DNA of 64,000 nt from Candidatus Multivorans sp. (GTDB lineage Bacteria > Acidobacteriota > Thermoanaerobaculia > Multivoradales > Multivoraceae): positions 608,001-672,000 of the forward strand of contig OZ251997.1 in NCBI GenBank assembly GCA_965247095.1, written 5' to 3'. Of the stretch, positions 40,981 through 49,891 are shown piece after piece. Made by a program: the position numbers and the translations under genes. How positions within the stretch are numbered: position 1 is the stretch's first letter; each line of letters begins with the position of its first letter. The notes below the pieces were generated by a model, which searched no databases, was not told the DNA's origin, and saw nothing but the letters and a program-made list of their open reading frames with translations.

Positions 40981-42333
40981 ATGAGAGACGCAATGGACAA
41001 CTGGAGCCCGACTTCCTGGCAGAGCGCCGACGTGCGCCAGCAACCCACCTACGGCGACCCGGCGGCGGTGGAGTCGGTTGCGTCGCGGCTCGCCGCTCTG
41101 CCGCCGCTCGTGACCTCCTGGGAAGTCGAGACCCTGAGGGGGCAGTTGGCCTCAGCAGCGCGCGGCGAGCGCTTCGTCCTGCAGGGCGGCGATTGCGCTG
41201 AGAGCTTTGCCGAGTGCACGTCGGAATCGATTACCGCGAAGCTGAAGATCCTCCTCCAGATGAGTCTGGTGCTGACGCACAGCTTGAAGAAGCGGGTGAC
41301 GCGCATCGGCCGTTTTGCCGGTCAGTACGCCAAGCCGCGCTCGTCCGACACCGAGACGCGGAACGGCGAGACCCTGCCCTCGTACCGGGGTGACCTGGTG
41401 AACTCGCTCGACTTCAATGCCGAGGCGAGGGCGCCCGACCCCCTGAATCTCCTCCGCGGCTACCAGCGAGCCGCTCTGACCCTGAACTTCATCCGTGGAT
41501 TGATCGACGGCGGTTTCGCCGATCTCCACCATCCCGAGTACTGGAATCTGGACTTCGTCGACCACTCGCAGAACGCTGCCGAGTACCAGCGCCGGGTCGA
41601 GTCCATCGCCGATTCGCTCAAGTTCATGGAGACGCTTGCCGGCGTCGAAGTGGGGCAGATCGATCGCGTCGACTTCTACACCAGCCACGAAGCGCTGCAC
41701 CTGGTCTACGAGCAGGCGCAGACCCGGACCGTGCCGCGGCGGGAGGGCTGGTACAACCTCTCGACCCACCTGCCCTGGATCGGCCTTCGCACCGCGTTCC
41801 GGGGCTCGGCCCACATCGAGTACGCGCGGGGCATTCGCAACCCCCTGGGCGTCAAGGTGGGGCCCGGGATGAGCCCGGCCGACATCGCCCACCTGATCGA
41901 GGTGCTGAACCCCGACGGCGAGGAGGGCCGGCTGGCTCTCATCCACCGTTGCGGCGCGGACAGGATCGCCGAGGAGTTGCCTCCGATCCTGCAGGCGGTG
42001 TGTGCGACCCGCAAGCCGGTGCTCTGGATCTGCGATCCGATGCACGGCAACACGAAGGGCACTCGGGAGGGGGTGAAGACCAGGGCCTTCAGCGCCATCC
42101 TGTCGGAGCTGGAGCAGGCCTTCGACCTCCATGCCGCGAACGGCACGATCCTCGGCGGCGTGCATTTCGAGCTCACCGGCGAGGACGTGACGGAGTGCGT
42201 CGGCGGCGCTCGGGGTCTCGACGAGCAGGGGCTGCGGCGGGCCTACCGGTCGCAGGTCGACCCGAGGCTGAACTACGAGCAGTCCCTCGAGATGGCCCTG
42301 CTCGTGGCGCGCAAGGGGGCCTCGACCTCGTGA
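40981..42333 (+). CDS. Class II 3-deoxy-7-phosphoheptulonate (DAHP) synthase
   Basis: LQGGDCAE, GQYAKPRS, YTSHEAL, CDPMHGN, DPRLN. Confidence 0.95.
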   Translation: MRDAMDNWSPTSWQSADVRQQPTYGDPAAVESVASRLAALPPLVTSWEVETLRGQLASAARGERFVLQGGDCAESFAECTSESITAKLKILLQMSLVLTHSLKKRVTRIGRFAGQYAKPRSSDTETRNGETLPSYRGDLVNSLDFNAEARAPDPLNLLRGYQRAALTLNFIRGLIDGGFADLHHPEYWNLDFVDHSQNAAEYQRRVESIADSLKFMETLAGVEVGQIDRVDFYTSHEALHLVYEQAQTRTVPRREGWYNLSTHLPWIGLRTAFRGSAHIEYARGIRNPLGVKVGPGMSPADIAHLIEVLNPDGEEGRLALIHRCGADRIAEELPPILQAVCATRKPVLWICDPMHGNTKGTREGVKTRAFSAILSELEQAFDLHAANGTILGGVHFELTGEDVTECVGGARGLDEQGLRRAYRSQVDPRLNYEQSLEMALLVARKGASTS

Positions 42334-42377
42334 AGGGGTAGTATCAGCGTCTCACTGCCCCGCGAGGACCTTGAGCT

Positions 42378-43799
42378 ATGTCCCCGGCTAGTCAGAGTTT
42401 CCGCTTCCGCGAGTCGCGACGGCTGTTGCGCGAGACGGCCGTTCGTGTCTCAGTGCCCGGTGAGGACGGCGAACTCACCGCGTTGACACGCGACATCGCG
42501 ACCGGCGGCATGTTCGTGTCGACCCCGGCGCCGATGCCGGTCGGCACTGCGGTGCACTTCGTGCTCCAGCTCGGGTCGGGCGACGAGCCCGCCGACGTTG
42601 AGGGCGAGGCGACCGTGGTCTGGGTACGCCCCGAGGCCGGCGGCGCCGATCAGCCGGCCGGGATGGGGATGCAGTTCACCCGTGTCGAACCAGCGGGTGA
42701 AGAGCGTCTGGCGCTGCTGTTCTCGGAGCGGCAGGTGGAGGCCGATGTGATTCCGCCGGCGCCCGTGCCCGAAGTCGAGGAGGCCGAGGCCCAGGACGCC
42801 GAGGCCGAAGACGCTGAAGCCGAAGATGCTGAAGCCGAAGCGGCCCCGCCGGAGGCGCCCGCCGAATCGCCGCCGGCCGAACCGCCTGGTGACGACGTGC
42901 CGTCCATCGATCCACCCCTGGCAGCGGAAGACGCCGCCCGCGCCGACGAGGTCGAGGCCACGCACGCGGATCTGTTCGGTGAGCTGGCGGAAGACGGCGA
43001 CGACGACTGGATGAAGCCGGAGTCGAGTTCTCGCCCCTGGCTTTGGCCCGCGGTCGGCGCAGCGGTGCTCCTGGTTGCCCTGATCGTCTTCCGGGGACCA
43101 TTGCTGCAGTTGGTCGGAGTGGATGGCGCCCCCACCGAAGAGGGCGCGCCGGCCGACGCTCCAACTTTCGAGATTTCGACACCTCGGGCGGGAGATGACG
43201 TCCCACCGGAAGGCGCCGAGGAGTCGTCCACGACGAGCAGGCTGTTCTTACCCCTGGAGGAACAGGCTGCCGACGCGGAGTCGACAGCCGACGACGCGGC
43301 GGCCGAACCCGCCGGCGCCGCGGCGACGGAAGCCGCCGAGCCCGTCGCGGCCGAGCGGCCCGAGCCGGCCCCGCCGACTGCCGCGGTCGAGACGAGGACG
43401 GCGCCTGCCGCCGAGCCCGCCGCCGCACGGCCGCCGTCGGCGCGACCGTCAACCGCTGCTCCGGCGGCGCCGCCTGCCAATGCGACCGCTCTGCGTTCGA
43501 TTACCGTATCGACGGCAGGTGACCGCACGGTGATCGAGATCGTCGGCAACGCTCCCTTCCAGCGACACCACATCATGCCGCTCGAAGCGCCGCCGCGGTT
43601 GGTCTTGCGATTGATCGGCGTGCGTCAGGACTACGACGCGAGCGCGGTCAAGGGACCCAGACTGCGCGGCGTTCGGACCGGCGTTCACGGCCGGGGCGCG
43701 ACCCGGAACCTGCACGTCGTGCTCGATCTCAGCGCGTCCGACATCGCGGCGACGGTCGAGCGGCGGGGCGACCGGGTCGTCGTCAACCTCTCGGATTGA
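42378..43799 (+). CDS. PilZ (TIGR02266-like) - acidic linker - TM - AMIN domain protein
   Basis: RESRR and DIATGGMFV..VVWVR..GMGMQF PilZ motifs; single TM helix; C-terminal PPRLVL..VVLDL AMIN-like domain. Confidence 0.78.
   Translation: MSPASQSFRFRESRRLLRETAVRVSVPGEDGELTALTRDIATGGMFVSTPAPMPVGTAVHFVLQLGSGDEPADVEGEATVVWVRPEAGGADQPAGMGMQFTRVEPAGEERLALLFSERQVEADVIPPAPVPEVEEAEAQDAEAEDAEAEDAEAEAAPPEAPAESPPAEPPGDDVPSIDPPLAAEDAARADEVEATHADLFGELAEDGDDDWMKPESSSRPWLWPAVGAAVLLVALIVFRGPLLQLVGVDGAPTEEGAPADAPTFEISTPRAGDDVPPEGAEESSTTSRLFLPLEEQAADAESTADDAAAEPAGAAATEAAEPVAAERPEPAPPTAAVETRTAPAAEPAAARPPSARPSTAAPAAPPANATALRSITVSTAGDRTVIEIVGNAPFQRHHIMPLEAPPRLVLRLIGVRQDYDASAVKGPRLRGVRTGVHGRGATRNLHVVLDLSASDIAATVERRGDRVVVNLSD
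42780..42842 (+). repeat. 15-bp coding tandem repeat encoding (D/E)AEA(E/Q), about 4 copies
   Basis: gaggccgaggcccag gacgccgaggccgaa gacgctgaagccgaa gatgctgaagccgaa. Confidence 0.75.
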
Positions 43800-45502
43800 C
43801 GCAGGCGGGATCCGCCGGCAGAGGTAGCCCGCGCCCTTCGGGCGGCGCGGCGCGGGTCGGGCTGGGAATCCTGGCGAGTCGGATTCTCGGCCTCGTCCGG
43901 GATGCTGTGATCGGTGGCCTTCAGGGCCTCGGTGCGCTGCCGGACGTGCTGACCGTTGCGTTTCGGGCCCCGAACGCGCTACAGAACCTGCTCGGAGACC
44001 AGGCCCTCTCGGCTTCCTTCATCCCGGTCTACAGCCGGATGGTCGAGGAAGGGAGGCGTCGGGATGCCGGGGCCCTGGCCGGCGCCGTCTTTGGCCTGCT
44101 GTTCGTCGTAATGGCGACGCTGAGCCTGCTCGGGGTCATGCTGGCGCCGTGGCTGGTACGGCTGTTGGCCCCCGGCTTTGCGGCCGACGCGGCCGCGGTG
44201 GCCGCCGGCACCGCGCTGGTGGATCGGCTGGAACTGACGATCGCCGCGGTGCGGATCTGTTTCCCGATGGTGGCCGCGATCACCCTGTCGGCCTGGTGCC
44301 TCGGGGTCCTGAACAGTCACCGCCGCTTTCTGCTCCCGTACATCGCGCCGTGCTTCTGGAACGCGGGCATCATCGCTGGAGTCTGGTATGTCGCGACCCG
44401 GGCAACGGGAAGCGACGCCGACCGGATCGAGGCGTTGGCGCTGGCCGCCTGCTGGGGCGGGCTGGTTGGGGGCTTGCTGCAGTTCGCCGTTCAACTGCCT
44501 TCGGTCTTGCGGGTGACCGGCGGGCTGCGCCCCTCGCTCAGCTTGCGGGCGGCCGGCGTTCAGAAGACCCTGCGTGCGCTGGGCCCCGCGATTGCCGCTC
44601 GCGGCGTGGTGCAACTGGGCGGTTACGTCGACGTTTGCCTGGCCTCCCTCCTGGCTGTGGGCACGGCGTCGGCTCTCGGCTATGGGCAACGCCTCTATCT
44701 GTTGCCGATCTCCCTTTTCGGTGTTTCGGTAGCGGCCGCGGAACTTCCAGAGCTGGCTCGCCTGCAGGGCGACATCAGGGAGCGCACGGCGACCGCCGCG
44801 ACCCGCACGGGGAGGTCGCTGTCGGCGATGTCCTTCCTGGTGGTTCCGACGTTCGTCGGCTATCTGGCGCTTGGGTTCGGGATCGTCGGCGCGATCCACA
44901 TGCGCGGTGAATTCGGCATTGCCGACACCTGGCTGGTGTTCTTGGTTCTGGCCGCCTACACCCTGGGTCTGCTGGCGTCGAGTGCCTCGCGGCTGCTTCA
45001 GAGCGTGTTCTTCTCCCTCGGCGATACCCGGAGCCCAGCCCGGATTGCCGCGATGCGCCTCGTCGTCGCGGCCGGGGTCGGCGTCGTGCTGATGACGCTG
45101 CTCGATCGGCTAGCGGTTGATGACGTTCTGCCGTCGGCGTGGCTGGGGGAGATGGCGGGGACCGGGAAGACGCTGCGCCTGGGCGCTGTCGGGCTGGCCT
45201 TGGGGTCTGCGGTGGGTAGCTGGTTCGAGCTGACCCGGTTGCTTGGCCGCTTGCGGCACCGGGATGTGCAGGTGAGATCGCCCTGGCGAGCCTGGCGCAG
45301 GCACCTGCCGCTCGCGATCCTCTGTCTCGCTCCCTGGGCCGCGACTCAGGTCCTGGTTCCGGGCCCGCCGTGGATTGCGGGTACCGTCCCCGTGATCGGC
45401 TTCGCCGCCACCTACCTGGTGATGGCCTACCTGCTAGAGGTGCCGGAGGCGCGAGCTCTCTGGCGCTGGCTGGCCGAAACCCGGCGCCGCCGGGAGACGT
45501 AG
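43796..45502 (+). CDS. murJ: Lipid II flippase MurJ
   Basis: SRILGLVRD, AFRAPN, LSASFIPVY, RLYLLP..LFG, DTRSP. Confidence 0.92.
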   Translation: MTQAGSAGRGSPRPSGGAARVGLGILASRILGLVRDAVIGGLQGLGALPDVLTVAFRAPNALQNLLGDQALSASFIPVYSRMVEEGRRRDAGALAGAVFGLLFVVMATLSLLGVMLAPWLVRLLAPGFAADAAAVAAGTALVDRLELTIAAVRICFPMVAAITLSAWCLGVLNSHRRFLLPYIAPCFWNAGIIAGVWYVATRATGSDADRIEALALAACWGGLVGGLLQFAVQLPSVLRVTGGLRPSLSLRAAGVQKTLRALGPAIAARGVVQLGGYVDVCLASLLAVGTASALGYGQRLYLLPISLFGVSVAAAELPELARLQGDIRERTATAATRTGRSLSAMSFLVVPTFVGYLALGFGIVGAIHMRGEFGIADTWLVFLVLAAYTLGLLASSASRLLQSVFFSLGDTRSPARIAAMRLVVAAGVGVVLMTLLDRLAVDDVLPSAWLGEMAGTGKTLRLGAVGLALGSAVGSWFELTRLLGRLRHRDVQVRSPWRAWRRHLPLAILCLAPWAATQVLVPGPPWIAGTVPVIGFAATYLVMAYLLEVPEARALWRWLAETRRRRET

Positions 45503-45529
45503 TCTGGAGCAACGATAGGAGATTGCAAC

Positions 45530-46105
45530 GTGGAGATTCTGCTCAGTGTCGGTCTGGGGGTCGGTCTGGCGGCGGCGTGCGGTTTCCGTGTCTTCCTGCC
45601 CGTCCTGGTTATGGGTGTGGCGGCCAGGGCCGGCGCGCTCGATTTGTCCGAGGGATTCGAATGGATGGCGGGGACCCCGGCCCTGCTGGCTCTCGGCGTC
45701 GCGGCGGTCTGTGAAGTCGGCGCCTACTACATCCCCTGGCTCGACAACGTCCTCGACGTAGCCGCGATGCCGGCCGCTGTCACCGCCGGCATTGTCGTGG
45801 CGGCGGCGAACATCGAGACCGCGACGCCCCTACTGGGGTGGGCGCTGGCCGCGGTGGCCGGCGGCACGGCGGCAGCGGTGGTCCAGACGGGAACGACGCT
45901 GCTGCGGGGCGCCTCGACCATGATGACGGCCGGGATCGGCAATCCCGTGGTGTCGACCGGAGAAGCTGGATCGGCCGCCGGCCTGTCACTCGTAGCGATC
46001 ACGATGCCCGTGCTCGCTCTGGCCGCCGTGCTGCTGCTGGTGGCCGTGGTCAGCGCCGGGCTCCTGCGGCGGCGCGTGCTCAAGGCGCGACGCGCCGACT
46101 CGTGA
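45530..46105 (+). CDS. DUF4126 family membrane protein
   Basis: GLAAACGFRVFLP, YYIPWLDN, GNPVVSTGE; AGGAG RBS. Confidence 0.85.
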   Translation: MEILLSVGLGVGLAAACGFRVFLPVLVMGVAARAGALDLSEGFEWMAGTPALLALGVAAVCEVGAYYIPWLDNVLDVAAMPAAVTAGIVVAAANIETATPLLGWALAAVAGGTAAAVVQTGTTLLRGASTMMTAGIGNPVVSTGEAGSAAGLSLVAITMPVLALAAVLLLVAVVSAGLLRRRVLKARRADS

Positions 46106-46199
46106 AGCTCCGCTTGCGCCGACCGGATTTGGCGCGTAGGAGGAAGTCGGCGGCCGTTCGCCCATCCGGGAATCACGCAGTGACCGGGCGGGTTGAGAC

Positions 46200-47390
46200 A
46201 TGGACGGCGCTAGGATGGTCAGGGGACCGATGGAGGGGTTGACCGCTGTGACGACGGGGGACATCGAACCGCGGGTTGGGCGCCGCCGGCTGAATCGTCC
46301 GGCGGTGGCGGCTGTCCTGGCTGCGCTCGCTCTGGGATGCGCTTCGACCGCTGCGCGAGAAGCCGGCGAGAGTGCTCTTCAGAGAGAACTGGAGCGGCGT
46401 GGCGTCAGCCGTGTCGTGGTGCCGTTCGCGCTGAACGAGGAGATGGCGGCGTGGGCTCACGGCTCGGTCGCTGAGACGCTGCGAGAGGAGCGCCTCGACC
46501 GCCTGGTCGAAGTCGTGATGGACACCTCCCTGCTCGGCGTGGAGTACGAGGCCGGGCGCACGAGCTCGGCGGTCGAGGTGTTCGAGAACCGGACGGCGAA
46601 CTGCCTGGCCTTCACCCAGATGTTCGTGGGGCTCGCGCGGGAGTTGGAGCTGCCGGCGTACTTCGTCGAAGTGACCCACGTCGAGAGCTTCGAGCGCTCC
46701 GGGGACCTGATCGTCATATCGGACCATGTCGCCGTGGGGTTCGGACCGCGGCACATGATGCGAGTGATCGACTTCGGGCGCCGTCAGGAAGAGGACGCTT
46801 GGCGGGTGAATCCGATCAGTGACCTGACGGCCACGGCGCTCTTCTACTCGAACCGCGGCGCCGAGGCGCTCCGTGCGGAGCGGCTCGACGAAGCCGTGGC
46901 CTGGCTCGAAGACGCGGTCCGCATCGATTCCGAACTCGCCTCGGCCTGGGTCAACCTGGGCGTGGCTCAGCGGCGGAGTGGCCGCGCCGGCGCGGCCGAG
47001 GGGAGCTACCGGCGGGCGCTCGAGATCGATCCGCGCGCCAGTTCCGCGCTCGCCAACCTCGCGGTGCTGTTGCGGATGAACGGGCGCACCGCCGAGGCCG
47101 AGGAGTTGCTCCGGTTGACGGCGACGACACACAACCGCAACCCGTTCACGTACATCGCCCTGGGCGACCTGAGCCTGCGTTACGGCCGCCTGGACGAGGC
47201 GGAGCGCTTCTACAGCAGGGCGCGGCGGCTCGGGCCCGACGAGGCGGCGTCTGCGGCCGCGCTGGGCGAGGTGCTGCTGCGCCGGGGCGAGCGGCGGGCG
47301 GCCGAGAAGCTACTCCGCCGCGCGCAGCGGCTGCAGCCCGACGGCGGCCGGCGGATTGATCGTCTGGCCCGCCTGCTGGCGGGCGCCTGA
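46200..47390 (+). CDS. Lipoprotein with a transglutaminase-like domain and TPR repeats
   Basis: Lipobox ALALGC; ANCLAFT..GLARE, DHVAV and VIDF (Cys/His/Asp); AWVNLG, ALANLA and YIALG TPRs. Start uncertain. Confidence 0.75.
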   Translation: MDGARMVRGPMEGLTAVTTGDIEPRVGRRRLNRPAVAAVLAALALGCASTAAREAGESALQRELERRGVSRVVVPFALNEEMAAWAHGSVAETLREERLDRLVEVVMDTSLLGVEYEAGRTSSAVEVFENRTANCLAFTQMFVGLARELELPAYFVEVTHVESFERSGDLIVISDHVAVGFGPRHMMRVIDFGRRQEEDAWRVNPISDLTATALFYSNRGAEALRAERLDEAVAWLEDAVRIDSELASAWVNLGVAQRRSGRAGAAEGSYRRALEIDPRASSALANLAVLLRMNGRTAEAEELLRLTATTHNRNPFTYIALGDLSLRYGRLDEAERFYSRARRLGPDEAASAAALGEVLLRRGERRAAEKLLRRAQRLQPDGGRRIDRLARLLAGA

Positions 47391-47406
47391 GCGGCTGGCG
47401 GGCAGT

Positions 47407-49737
47407 TTGTCACCGGATTCCGACGTGCCGTGCCTCTGGCAGCTCTGGATCGACACCGGCGGTACGTTCACGGACTGCATAGCGCTCGACCCGGCCGGCG
47501 CCGTTCAGTGCATCAAGGTCCTGAGTTCCGGATCGGTGCGGGCGACGGTCGTTTCGGACGGCGCGGACGACCTGCGCCTGGAGACACCGTTCGATCTCCC
47601 GGACGGCTTCTTCGAGGGCTACGCACTGACCCCGCTTGCCGGCGGTACTCCGGTGCGCGTGGAGGAGTGGTCGGCTGACGGTTCCTGCCGGCTGGCGGAC
47701 GGTGCCGGCAGCGGGAACCCGGGTGGCGCGAACCCGCGCCACCCGCGAACCAGTCCGAGCGCTCGTCATCGAGCGCTCGGATGGAACGGGAGCGGTTTCG
47801 GGCGCGGTCTGGTCGTGGAACTCGTCTCGCCCGAGAACGCGCCCATCCTCGCGGCACGGATCGCCACCGGCAGGACGCTCCACGAGCCGTTGCCGGCCTG
47901 CGATCTCCGGCTCGCGACGACTCGGGGAACGAACGCCCTGCTCGAGCGGGCCGGCTCGCGGACGGTGCTGTTCGTCACCGAAGGGTTCGCCGATCTGCTC
48001 CTGATCGGAGACCAGGCGCGGCCGGACATCTTCGCGCTCAACATCGAGCGTCCGGCGCCTCTGTACGAACGCGCGGTCGAGGTCGGCGGCCGCCTTGACG
48101 CGGAGGGACGCGAGCTGTTGCCGCTCGACGAGAACGGGTTGCGGACGGCCGCGCGGGCACTGGTCGGCGAGGGCTTCCGGGCCGCGGCCGTGGCTCTGAT
48201 GCACAGTTACCGGAATCCGGCACACGAGGAGCGCGCCGAGCGCATCCTTAGCTGTGCCGGCTTCGAGACGGTTTCGTGTTCGGCCGAACTGGCGCCCCTG
48301 ATCAAGATCGTGCCGCGGGCGCACACGGCGGTGGTCGACGCCTACCTGGGCCGCGCCGTCGGCGGCTATCTTGAGACCACGGGCGCAGCGCTCGGGGGCG
48401 GACCGGCGGCGGAGGAGGGCCGCCTCGCGCCGCGAGTGATGACCAGCGCCGGCGGCCTGGCGAGCTTCGCCAGCTACCGGCCCAAGGACAGCCTGCTTTC
48501 GGGCCCGGCCGGCGGTGTCGTGGGAGCGGCGGCGGCGGGCCGCGCGAGCGGCATGGAGCGGATCATCGGCTTCGACATGGGCGGCACGAGCACCGATGTC
48601 TCCCGCTACGACGGCGACTTCGAGTACAACTTCGAGTTCCGCGTCGGCGACGCGACCGTGGTGGCGCCGGCGCTGGCGATCGAGACCGTGGCCGCGGGCG
48701 GCGGCTCGATCTGCGGTGTCGATCACGGCCAGCTCAAGGTCGGGCCCGAGAGCGCCGGAGCGCGGCCGGGGCCGGCCTGCTACGGCGCCGGCGGGCCGCT
48801 GACCATCACGGATGTGAACCTGTTGCTCGGCCGGATCGACCCGGCGGCCTTCGGCCTGCCCATCGATAGCGCCGCTGCCGAGCGCCGGTCGGCGGAGGTG
48901 CTGGGCGGCCTGACCGGCTCGGAGGAGCAGTTGCTGGGGGGCTTCCTGCAGGTCGCCAACGAGCGCATGGCGGACGCCATTCGGCGCATCTCCATTTCGC
49001 GCGGGTACGACCCGGCGGACTACGCCCTGGTCAGTTTCGGCGGCGCGGGAGGCCAGCACGCCTGCGCCATTGCGTCCGAGCTGGGAATGCGCACGGTGAT
49101 CGTGCCGGTCGATACGTCGCTCTTGAGCGCGGTCGGTCTGGGGCACGCGGTGCTGGAGCGTTTCGCGCACCGGCAGGTGCTGGCGCCTCTGGACGGCGTT
49201 GCGGTCGGACCGCTGGTCGAGGAGCTCGAGCAGGAGGCGTTGGCGGCGCTGGTGAGCGAACGCGGGGCGAACCTGGAAGGCGCCGCGGTGCGTCGGCGGA
49301 TCGTTCGGCTGCGGTTGCAGGGACAGGAAACGGCGCTGGAAGTCGAGCCGGCCTCGGCGGCGGAGGCGTGCTCGACCGGGGCCGTCGCGGCGCTCTTTGC
49401 CGACCGCTACCGGGCGGTCTACGGCTATCCGCCGCCCGAGCACCCGGTCGAGGTCGAGTCGATCCGGGTCCTGGCCTCGACCGCTCCGGCGGCTGGGCGA
49501 CTTGAGCGTGTCCCGGAGGAGCGAGCGGTGGAAGCGGGGACCAGGAACCGCCGGGCCTGGTTCGACGGCTGGAGGACGGCCGAGATCCTGTGGCGCGATA
49601 GCCTCGCTTCCGGTTTCGAGCGCGCCGGCCCCTGCCTGGTGCAGGAGCGCCACAGCATCACGGTGGTCGAGCCGGGCTGGAACCTGCGCGTCGACGACGC
49701 GCACGCTCTGGTTCTGAGCTGGTCCGCGGGCGTGTAG
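47407..49737 (+). CDS. Hydantoinase A/5-oxoprolinase ATP-binding half
   Basis: IDTGGTFTD, TTRGTNALLER, SGPAGG, DMGGTSTD, AAGGGS, FGGAGGQHA; no hydantoinase B domain. Confidence 0.88.
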   Translation: MSPDSDVPCLWQLWIDTGGTFTDCIALDPAGAVQCIKVLSSGSVRATVVSDGADDLRLETPFDLPDGFFEGYALTPLAGGTPVRVEEWSADGSCRLADGAGSGNPGGANPRHPRTSPSARHRALGWNGSGFGRGLVVELVSPENAPILAARIATGRTLHEPLPACDLRLATTRGTNALLERAGSRTVLFVTEGFADLLLIGDQARPDIFALNIERPAPLYERAVEVGGRLDAEGRELLPLDENGLRTAARALVGEGFRAAAVALMHSYRNPAHEERAERILSCAGFETVSCSAELAPLIKIVPRAHTAVVDAYLGRAVGGYLETTGAALGGGPAAEEGRLAPRVMTSAGGLASFASYRPKDSLLSGPAGGVVGAAAAGRASGMERIIGFDMGGTSTDVSRYDGDFEYNFEFRVGDATVVAPALAIETVAAGGGSICGVDHGQLKVGPESAGARPGPACYGAGGPLTITDVNLLLGRIDPAAFGLPIDSAAAERRSAEVLGGLTGSEEQLLGGFLQVANERMADAIRRISISRGYDPADYALVSFGGAGGQHACAIASELGMRTVIVPVDTSLLSAVGLGHAVLERFAHRQVLAPLDGVAVGPLVEELEQEALAALVSERGANLEGAAVRRRIVRLRLQGQETALEVEPASAAEACSTGAVAALFADRYRAVYGYPPPEHPVEVESIRVLASTAPAAGRLERVPEERAVEAGTRNRRAWFDGWRTAEILWRDSLASGFERAGPCLVQERHSITVVEPGWNLRVDDAHALVLSWSAGV
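47714..47787 (+). repeat. Family B double-hairpin repeat, in-frame inside the oxoprolinase gene
   Basis: GGAACC-CGGGTGGCGCG.aacc.CGCGCCACCCG-CGAACCAG-TCCGAGCGCTCG.tcat.CGAGCGCTCGGA-TGGAAC. Confidence 0.85.
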
Positions 49738-49753
49738 CCGGCTACGCCGCTTC

Positions 49754-49826
49754 GGAACCCAGGTGGGGCGGTCGGCGCCACCTGCGAACCACTCCGTACG
49801 CGAGTCATCGAGCGCACGGATGGAAC
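49754..49826 (+). repeat. Family B double-hairpin repeat, intergenic copy
   Basis: GGAACCCAGGTGG..CCACCTGCGAACCACTCCGT..ACGGATGGAAC; colinear with 47714-47787. Confidence 0.85.
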
Positions 49827-49891
49827 TTCCGGAGCGGGAGGACGTATCTGGATTGGCATAGAGTTGCCACTTTCCGCCCTTTTTGTCGCCC

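Noticed and set aside
49854-49867. Possible sigma54 -24/-12 promoter (TGGCA..TTGC)
   Set aside because: The GG-to-GC spacing is 9 nt rather than the required 10, so it is kept only as a palindrome.
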